Positions 10,817 through 19,137 of a stretch of DNA of 19,137 nucleotides are shown here, one piece after another. The DNA comes from Candidatus Vampirococcus lugosii. Lineage in GTDB: Bacteria > Patescibacteriota > Gracilibacteria > Absconditabacterales > Absconditicoccaceae. The DNA is taken from assembly GCF_018420025.1 (NCBI RefSeq), contig NZ_JAEDAM010000098.1, positions 1-19,137 on the forward strand. The letters are read 5' to 3'. Position 1 is the first letter of the stretch; each line of letters opens with the position of its first letter. The translations under genes and the position numbers were made by a program. The notes beneath the pieces were generated by a model. It was given only the letters and a program-made list of their open reading frames with translations, did no database searches and had not been told where the DNA came from.

Positions 10817-12979
10817 ATGGATATTAAAAAATTAATAAATTATATTTCAAAAAATATAGATTATATTTCGAACGATGATATAACTATGATTATTGATTGA
10901 AAATATAATGATTTTTTCAAAAGCATAAATGATAAATATGTTAAAGAAAAAGACAAAAAAAAGAAAAAAAAATATTTGGAAATAATAGAATTTATAAATA
11001 TATTTCTGGAAGATTATGAAAAAAACTGATATAAATATAATTATGATTTATCAAAAGAATATGAACATTTTTTATATTGGTTTAATTATTATTTAAATAA
11101 TAATAAACTTACAAAAGTAAACCAAGTTATTAATGATATTGAAAAATATTTTTGACAAGAATATTCATCCAAATTATATAAAAAATATAATAAAATTAAA
11201 CAAAGATATGAATTAGAACAAAAAAAAATAGAAATAAAATCAATAAAAAATAATGAATTAAAAACTATTGAAAAACTTATAGCTAATTGAAATTATTCAG
11301 AAGCTATGTCTAGTTGTTTAAAATATGCACAAGAATACGATGATGAAAAAACTATTAATAAATATATTGATAAAATAAATCAAAATAAAACTAATAAATT
11401 ATATGAACATACTAAAGATGATAATAAAGATTTTTTTGAAAAAATTGGTATGATTGATATCTACAAAGGAAATAAAGATAAAGATAATGGTAATTTCAAA
11501 AAAAATGATATAAAATTTTTATACAAAAAATTAGATAATTTGTATTCAAATAGTCATTTAGAGGATTGAATTTCATTAATAAATTATATGAGTGAAACTT
11601 ATGAATTATATGATAAAAAATTATCTAAATATAAATCAAAATTTCTTGACAAAAAAAGAGAAATTGAATCAAATAGTCAAAAAAATGATTATAATTTTGA
11701 ATTAAATAGTCTTAGATTAATGTTTAAAAATAAACAATATCAAGATTGTTTAATTAAAGCAAATAATATTTTAAAAAGATATCCTATGATATCAAAAATA
11801 GAAATTTTAAATATAATAAAAAAAGTAAAAAAGGAAAAATATAATATAACAAAAAATAGTTGAAAACAATCCTTTGAAGCAAAAGTTGAAAATTTTTTAA
11901 TAAACTTATCAAATCTAAATAAAAAAGGTATTGATGAATTTTATACAAAAATGGCTTGGTTTCTATGAGCAAATATGGATCTTAAACTTTCTATTCAAGT
12001 AATATATGCACAAACTAAAGATTATTGATTAAAAAAATTTATAAGAGAAATGCTGGAATGAATAGATACAGGTATTAAAATGTCTGATATTATGAAATGG
12101 TATAAGCAAATTTCTGAAATGGATATATCTTTAGTAAAAATATGAGAAAACACTTGAAAATTATGAGATATGTTTGAAAGTATTGCAAAACATAAAGAAG
12201 AAGCTAGCGAAAGAAGAAAAAAAATAAAATCTGTTATGATTTATCCCATTATTGTAATAAGTATTACAATAATTATTTTTATATGACTTTTAGTTTTTGT
12301 TCTTCCTCAATTTACAACATTGTTTAATCAAGTATGAATGGAAATGCCCGCACTTACACAAGCTATGATGTCAATAAGTAATTTTTTGAAAACAAAATAT
12401 TATTTAGTAATATTATTTATTGTATTATCTATAATGTTTTTTAAATTTTTGTGAAAAACAAATATCGGTAAATACATATATTCATATATGGCATTAAAAA
12501 TGCCAGTTGTTAAAGAAGTAGTTTATAGAAATTATGTAATACATTTGATGTGAAATTTATCTCTTATGTTAAATGCAGGTATTAATTTATTGGAAGCATT
12601 AGATATAGTTGCATCTTGAACAGCTAATAAATTATATAAAGATGAATTTAGAAGAATAAGATTTGAATTGGAATCTTGAATTACTTTTAGTAAAGCTGTA
12701 TGACTTGGTTGAGTTAATAATGCATCTAATTATAATAATATTTATGTACCTATAGATTGAGCATATGCCATTGATATATGAGAAAGAACATGACAATTAT
12801 GAAAATTATTATGAGATACAGCAGATCGTTATGACAAAGATTTAAAATTAATAATTAAAAATTTACAAAGCTTGATGGAACCATTTGTAATTTTATTAGT
12901 TTGATGAGTTGTATTTATGTTTGTTTTATCTATATTTTTACCTATGATACAAATGTATCAAGCTATATGATCATTATAA
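10817..12979 (+). CDS. pilC: PilC/GspF-family platform protein with a roughly 350-370 aa K/N/Y/E-rich N-terminal extension (720 aa)
   Basis: An in-frame TAG at 10814-10816 immediately precedes the ATG at 10817. All 721 triplets are free of TAA/TAG. The C-terminal half has two T2SSF-like repeats (GENTGKLGDMFESIA and GERTGQLGKLLGDTADRY) and three TM helices (IYPIIVISITIIIFIGLLVFVLP, YYLVILFIVLSIMFF, MEPFVILLVGGVVFMFVLSIFLPM). Confidence 0.9.
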
Positions 12980-13003
12980 AATTTAATTATAGCAAATAAA
13001 ATT

Positions 13004-13708
13004 ATGAATAGTATAATAAAAAAAGTTAAAATGGGTATAGCAAATGTATATTTGATAAATACAGAAAAAGGATTTATATTAGTTGATTCAGGTATGAAAA
13101 ATAAAATAAATAAACTTGAAAAAACTTTAAATAAAATTGATGCTAAATTAAAAGATATCGTTCTTATCGTAATAACTCATGTCCATTATGATCATGTATG
13201 AAGTTTATATCAGTTAAAAGAAAAAACTAATGCAAAAATATTAATTCATAATAAAGAAAAAAATATATTACAAAAGGGTAAAACTAATTTTCCTAAATGA
13301 ACTATGTTTATATTTAAAATAATATCTAAATTTGGAAGTTTTATTTCAAAAGGTAGTTTTAGACCTGTAAAAGCTGATATTGTAATAAATAATTTTTGTG
13401 ATTTAAAAGAATATTGAATTAATGCTAAAATTATACATACTCCATGACATACAAGTTGATCTATAAGTGTTATTGTTGAAGATAAATATATTATTTGTGG
13501 TGATACTTTTTTTAATCTTTTGCCTAATTGTGTATATCCACGATTTGCAAATGATGAAAAAACATTATTAAAAACTTTTGTTAAAATAAATAAATATAAT
13601 TTTGAAAAATTTTTTCCTGGTCATGGAGATATTTTTGGTAAAGAAAAATTTATAAAAACATTAAATTCATCTTTAGTAAAAAATAAATTAGCAAAAACTA
13701 ATTTATAA
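13004..13708 (+). CDS. metallo-beta-lactamase-fold hydrolase (234 aa)
   Basis: Motifs THVHYDHVG, HTPGHTSGS, ICGDTFF and FFPGHGD are present. The two standard-code ORFs at 13004..13201 and 13520..13708 share a frame and are joined through in-frame TGA codons. The gene starts 24 bp after pilC. Confidence 0.9.
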
Positions 13709-13740
13709 AAAATCCTTGATTAAATCAAGGATTTATATTT
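13709..13740. terminator. bidirectional rho-independent terminator between convergent genes
   Basis: Stem atccttga (13711-13718) pairs with tcaaggat (13724-13731) across a 5-nt loop. A-runs lie before it and a T-rich tract after it. It sits between the MBL stop at 13708 and the minus-strand stop at 13755. Confidence 0.6.
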
Positions 13741-13754
13741 TTAAATCTTAAAAA

Positions 13755-15638
13755 TTATTTAACCATTAAATAATAATTTCAAAAATCTTGTAATATTTCT
13801 TTTAAGTTTTTTGAATCATAATTTACACCTTTTATCATATTATATACTTCATCAATACTATTTGCACTAATATTTCAATCATTACTTTCAAGTTCTGCTA
13901 TCAAAGCATATCATTTATTCTCTTCTCAATCAGAATTAAGTGAAATATAATAATAATTTTTTCAATCCAAAGGATCATTAGGTAAACTATCCATATATCT
14001 AGGAATAAGATAATCTTGTATTTCACTAACTTCAATTATTCAATCACTTTCAGGATAAATTCATCTATCATAATGGTAAATTGACAAAGCTGTTCAAATT
14101 TGTCAAATATTTGCAAATCTTGCAGCATCTCTAGATTGAGCTTGAGCATATGTACGATCAGGAACTGATGTAGATAAAAACATTCATAATCAAACAATTC
14201 ATCAAGCTATTAAATATGGTGTTTCAATATCATTATATGAACTAAAATTAGGTAATTGAAAGAATTCATTATCTTTTGCTTGTACATAATTTGAAGGAAT
14301 TATATGTTCAAAATTATCTATTTCATAATTAATATTTAAATTATAAGAAAACATTTCTTCTCACATTGAATTTATATTAAATTTAGATTTTATTTCATTA
14401 TCTTTATAAGAAAACATTTTATCCAAATTTATAATTTCTTCTTTATCAGTATTTTCTGTTCATGCTGATCATTGTAGATCAATGTTTTCCCAAGCTGAAA
14501 AATCTCATTCAATATCCAAATAATATAAATCATCATATTCTTTTAAATTTCCAGATATTTTTAGATAATCATTATTATGATTTAAATTTCATTTAATAAA
14601 TGAATCACCTATTTCTTCAATAGGTTCTATAGAAAGATTAAGATCAGTATTATTATAAGATAAATCTCATGATAAAGATGAAGATAAGATATGTTTTTCT
14701 TCTCAAGAATTAATTTCATAATAATTAAAAGTAGAATCTAAATAATTATTTTCATATAATATTTTATATTTATTATTAGAGATAATGTCTAATCAAGTAA
14801 ATTTAATAGGGATATTTGTAATTAAATCTAAACTAAAATAATCTATTTTATTATCAATAAATTTAATTTTTGAAGAAATATCAAATTCATTTCAATTATT
14901 TAATTGAAAGTTTAAATCAAAATTATACATTTCATTTTCTTTCTCAAGTTTTCAAATTATTTTAACTTCTTCAGTATCAAAATTTAAATCATATTTATTA
15001 TCATCATATTTATATAATATATTTCATACAATTTCATTTTGAAATTTTGAAACTAGTTCAAAACTTCAAGAATCTTGATTTCATTCTCATTCCCAAGTAA
15101 TTTTTTCATATAAATTTTCCAAATTTCATACTGTATTATAATTTATTATTTTATCGTCTTTTATATCAATATTTAAGTTTGCATTTCATCATGAATTTTC
15201 AGATTCATAATTAAACTTTATATTTCAAAAAACTTCATCTTCAAAATTTAAATTTGCATTAAATTCCAAATTTTCTCATGCCATTTGCAAAAATGTAGGT
15301 GAAAACTTGAATGAAAGTTTGTTATTTTGATATTCAGAATTTAATCAAATCATAGGAGATTTAAGATTATAAGACAATATTTCTCAATTTTGATAAGATA
15401 AATCAAAAATAAAAAATCAATCATAATGTAAAGTTTCTATATCTCATTCATTTGTAACATATAATTGTTTTTGTACAAATTTATTTGCATTAGATATATA
15501 TTCTTTACAAATTGAAGAATTAAATTCAATAAATTGAAGTTCTGTATATTCATCTTTTGAAGAATTATATAAATCAACAAATATATCACAATTATCTTCT
15601 TTTATAGATAAATATTTTTTATCTCATTCATTATCAAA
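13755..15638 (-). CDS. C-terminal 627 codons of an interrupted large membrane or surface protein, ending in a GspG/type IV pilin-like domain
   Basis: This is the same frame as 15639..16280, open from just after the internal TAA down to TAA 13757-13755, with all triplets checked. The first in-frame ATG is at 15353-15351, and a TTG lies 8 codons before it. The last 154 codons (14219-13758) read PYLIAGGIVGLGMFLSTSVP-DRTYAQAQSRDAARFANIGQIGTALSIYHYDRGIYP...YLIPRYMDSLPNDPLDG...YALIAELE. Confidence 0.75.
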
Positions 15639-16280
15639 TTATTCAAATAAAAGTTTATAAGATCATTTACTAAAAAATAAATTAAGTAATTCCTCATCAA
15701 TTCAATATTTTTCAAAATAAGCATTAGGATTTGAACTTACTAATCATTTGATTAATCATACAATCAAATCATTATTTGCCAAATCTCATATCATTTGTAT
15801 TATAAATTTTGAATTATCTATTTTTGTATAATCATCATTATTATTAGTATTTCCAAAAATTTCTTCCAAAAATTCAGATTCTCAAAATTTATAATAAACT
15901 GATTCTTCATTTGAAATTAAATCAAGATTAGATATTTCAACTTTTTCTTCTCAGAATCAATCTTTGAGAATAAATGATAAATTATTTGCTGATAATCTTT
16001 GCTTTAATCAATTATCCATAGACAAAATACCTAAATCAGAACCTGAAAAAGAAATTTCAAAATTATCTATAGAACTATTTAAATCAAAATTAACATCAGC
16101 TTTTAAATTTATAGAATTATCACTTTTTTCATTTTTATTAAAACTTATATTATTAATAATATCTTTAATATTATCTTTAATATCAGAAAATCTTCAATCT
16201 AATGAAAAATAATAAGCTAAAATTCAAAATATAGCTCAAATCAATAATATAAATCATACAATATATTGTTTCCTAGTCAT
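15639..16280 (-). CDS. N-terminal 213 codons of the same interrupted protein (TM anchor plus start of the repeat-like region), ending at an in-frame TAA
   Basis: ATG at 16280-16278 and TAA at 15641-15639. The N-terminus MTRKQYIVGFILLIGAIFGILAYYF is a signal anchor. The frame continues open past the TAA for another 627 codons. Confidence 0.7.
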
Positions 16281-16307
16281 TTTTAAAATAAATTTATATC
16301 AAAATAA

Positions 16308-16340
16308 AATAGTATACATACAAGTGTATACTATTTTTCA
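16308..16340 (-). terminator. hairpin terminator candidate between the 16427.. gene and the 16280 start
   Basis: The 11-bp stem aatagtataca (16308-16318) pairs with tgtatactatt (16325-16335) across the 6-nt loop tacaag. On the minus strand it is followed by ttttatttt. All but 3 of the pairs are A-T, so stability is modest. Confidence 0.45.
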
Positions 16341-16426
16341 GTATAATTAATTTACATATTTTTTCAACTAAAAATTTGTATATTAAAAATAAAACAACTA
16401 ATTAATTTTATTATAACTAAATAAAT

Positions 16427-18093
16427 TTAATCTCTTAACAATCTTGATTCTATACCATTAGGTTGTATTATAAAAGAATTTCTTCTCCATCTATCACTGG
16501 AATCACTACAATTAACTCAATCAGTTCATTTTCAATTAGGTTTACAGTCCCAAGCAAAAAGTTGTCTCATTCATATTATGTCTTTATAATTATTATATGC
16601 AGTATCTCAAATAGATCTTTTTATCATTTTTTCTCTACTATCAGTAGGTCTTTGTGGTGAATTTAATAATGCCATCCTTCAATTAATATATAATTTATTA
16701 TTAATTTTATTATCAGTATCAGTTCAAACTAATAATCAATTTATAAAATAATCTCAATATAAATAAAGTCATTCAGTTACTCATGTTGATGTAGTATAAA
16801 ATCAATCTTTATCAATATCAACTTTACTTCATATATCAATCTTAATAACTCATCAATCTATAAAAACTTGTAAATTAGAATTTCATGCTTTTTGATTTTT
16901 CTTAATAGTAAGATTTCAATTTTTGATTAGAATTATATTATCAACACTACTTGATGTTAGATCATAATCTAAAACAACATCTTGACCATCTATACAAAAT
17001 AATTCTCTATCTTTATTTCAAGAATCAATACCTATTGGTCAACTTGTATCATCCCATTGTCATCTACATAGATCAGATGCATTTTTTTTCAAAGTATTCA
17101 TAGATGAGGATAGATTTACAGTTTTTCATCATATATTAAATGCTTGTTGTTGTGTTGCATCATCTCCAAGCTGTCACAATCTTGAAATAACGGATCTTCT
17201 TGAAGCCTCTGATCATTGTTCTCAAAGATAATATCATCACAATATTCATATAACACTAGATACTACTTGCATCACAGATCAATGATTTCTTGTAATACAA
17301 TTTTGATTAATATCATCGTTATATATAGATCATGTAAATATTAATCTTTTATCTTTATCACTATCAGGATCAAATTTATGTATCAAATCAATTATTGAGT
17401 TATCATTTGTTTCAGCAAATAAATCTTCCATACATTTTCTATGATTAACTTTACCTCAAACAAATCATACTCACCGTAAACTATCATAAATAAGACCTAC
17501 AGGTGTATTGTTATATAATGAAAAACTATCTGCATAATCATTATTAGTAGATCTATTAGTATTATAATCATATTCTCTTCAAGCTTGAATAAAAAAATCT
17601 TCAGCATAAAATGCACCTAAATCTCAATATTCAATATGACCAAAAATTGATGTTGGCTCAACACCTTGCCCCCTACAATTTGAATAAAATCATCAATCAA
17701 AATCATATCACATATTCATTCATCATGAAAGTGAACCACTCATATATTCATAATTATATTCATCTATAGCATATAATGTACTTCATCTCAAAGGATTAAA
17801 ATAAAATCATCTCAACTGCTCTTCACAAGTAATTGAATCAGAACTATTTTCAATTTTTAAAGTTTTAGATGAAGCCATATCATCTATATCAGTTAGTATC
17901 ATAAATCATCAAAAATCATTTCAAACTCAATTATCATGCAAAACATAAAAATGCATTTCTGAAACATTTCAACTAAGAGCTTGAGCTAAATCCTCAAATT
18001 CAAGTATTCAAAAAGAATGTGTAGCTCAAATTCAAAGTATAGATAGTAAAAATGTAATAAACATATATTTGATATACAATATTTTTATTTTCA
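16427..18093 (-). CDS. secreted protein (about 555 aa) with a C-terminal GNLTI module paralogous to that of 6413..9139; the 5' end carries a frame lesion
   Basis: The frame is open from 18151 to TAA 16429-16427 (574 codons, all checked). The first in-frame ATG/GTG/TTG is the ATG at 17956-17954. The signal-peptide-like segment VITFLLSILGIGATHSFG is encoded upstream of that ATG. The only upstream ATGs (18093 and 18063) are offset by one nucleotide. The end coordinate of 18093 assumes a 1-nt correction; the conservative call is 16427..17956. Confidence 0.7.
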
Positions 18094-18172
18094 TATTTAT
18101 TTTTATTTAAGTAAATTAAAAATTTATATAAATTAAGTATATAGAATATAATTAAATTTGTCAAGTATTTTT

Positions 18173-19137
18173 TTAATTTACTTTTATATTATCTAAACTT
18201 GATTTTATTCTAATAATTTCATAAGATAAATTGATAAGATCAATTATATCTTTTTCAGATGAAGATTGAATAAATCAATTTTGAGTTTTTAGCAATAAAT
18301 CGTTTATATCTAAACTATTTTTTCAAATATTTTTGATATCTATAAATCATTGACAAAATGATTCAAAATTATTTTTAAACATATTTTTTAAATATTTAAA
18401 TTCATTCAATTTTTCATCATCTAAATTATATTTGGAAATATCTATCCCTTCCTCATCAAAAATATTATAATAACTTATCAAGATTAATATAAATTTAAAA
18501 CTATTTAATAATATATTTATATTTTTATATAAATCATCGTTTATTTTATAAATATTTAAATTTTTTTCAAGACAGTCTATTTGAGAAAGAAAATTATTCA
18601 TACCAAAAATAGATATTTCTTCTTTTAAAGTTTCAATTTTATCTGTTAAATATTCAACATAAACTCTTTTTTTCTCAATCAATAAAATATTTTCTAGATC
18701 ATTAATATTAATTCATTTTTTATATAATCATTTTTCTTTTAATTTATCAAAAATCATATCTGAAGAATTCCAAATATAACTTAATTGTATACTATTTATA
18801 TAATTTTCTTCAATATGATTATATAATGTATATTTCAATACTATTAAATAAAGTTTATCTAAATAATTTAAAATATCATATTTATCTCTTATTTTTTTTG
18901 TATATTTTTTTTCATTTATTAATGAGTTTATAGTTTTACAAAAACCAAAATATTCATTATAATATTTATTTCAAAATTTAGATTTTTTTGATATAAAGTC
19001 TATTTTAGTTTTAAGTTTAATAAAGATTAATCTTATATCAAAAAAATCTATTCATTTATTTTTTCCCTCTTGTATAGCATTTATTAAATAATTATAATTA
19101 AATTCAGATGGTTCATTCAAAAAAACATTAAATATAA
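18173..19137 (-). CDS. hypothetical, probably cytoplasmic helical protein; only the C-terminal 320 codons are present because the start lies beyond the right edge
   Basis: The frame is open from the window edge to TAA 18175-18173, with all triplets checked. It includes the 111-aa standard-code ORF at 18347..18682 and extends it on both sides through in-frame TGA codons. The product is K/N/I/E/L-rich with no TM segment and no motif I recognise. Confidence 0.7.

Noticed and set aside
10817-11870. Calling the K/N-rich region upstream of the PilC core as a separate gene
   Set aside because: There is no TAA or TAG anywhere between 10817 and 12977 in this frame, so it cannot terminate before the PilC core. 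The two standard-code ORFs here (11306.. and 11588..) are the same frame split only by TGA.
11784-11972. Minus-strand standard-code ORF of 62 aa inside pilC
   Set aside because: It is antisense to the uninterrupted 720-codon pilC frame.
15964-16660. Plus-strand standard-code ORFs at 15964..16212 and 16463..16660
   Set aside because: Both are antisense to long minus-strand table-25 frames that carry recognisable features (a signal anchor and the GNLTI module). The plus strand is pyrimidine-rich here, unlike the other coding strands.
17989-18093. The 35-codon ORF starting at ATG 18093 (MKIKILYIKYMLLHFYYLYFEFELHILFEYLNLRI) as an independent small gene
   Set aside because: It overlaps the open upstream part of the long 16427.. 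frame that encodes a proper signal-peptide core. The simpler explanation is a 1-nt frame offset at the start of that gene (see the finding at 17954-18151).
1-19137. Reading TGA as tryptophan (table 4, Mollicutes-like), given the very low GC
   Set aside because: In-frame TGA falls on invariant glycines of Rel, PilB and MBL motifs and swaps with GGT in the GDP repeat. Trp would give implausible strings such as AWWIVWLWMF, and TGG is still used separately.

Overview
This is a very AT-rich bacterial window. It has almost no ORFs in the standard code, but it becomes nearly continuous coding sequence when TGA is read as glycine (translation table 25, used by Gracilibacteria and Absconditabacteria/SR1 of the candidate phyla radiation). 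I re-translated both strands by hand under that code and checked every large frame triplet by triplet for TAA/TAG. The window contains: a full-length bifunctional Rel (RelA/SpoT) gene; a Com/type IV pilus-like set made of a KAFTLIE prepilin-type minor pilin, a short GspE/PilB-family ATPase, and a PilC/GspF platform protein with a long N-terminal extension; an MBL-fold hydrolase; a PLDc_N membrane protein with a zinc ribbon; and a membrane protein plus P-loop NTPase pair. It also holds three large surface or secreted proteins on the minus strand next to the pilus genes. The first is a 908-aa protein with a perfectly duplicated 89-aa Ig-like module and a (Gly-Asp-Pro)x12 repeat whose Gly codon alternates between TGA and GGT. 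The second is a secreted protein whose signal-peptide region is out of frame with its only plausible ATG, next to A-runs. The third is an 842-codon frame with a single internal TAA that ends in a GspG/pilin-type domain at the C-terminus rather than the N-terminus. I saw no rRNA, tRNA, CRISPR array, transposase or recognisable defence genes. No start codon is preceded by a clear GGAGG-type Shine-Dalgarno. The function and novelty claims are inference from motifs I can read by eye, since no database search was possible.
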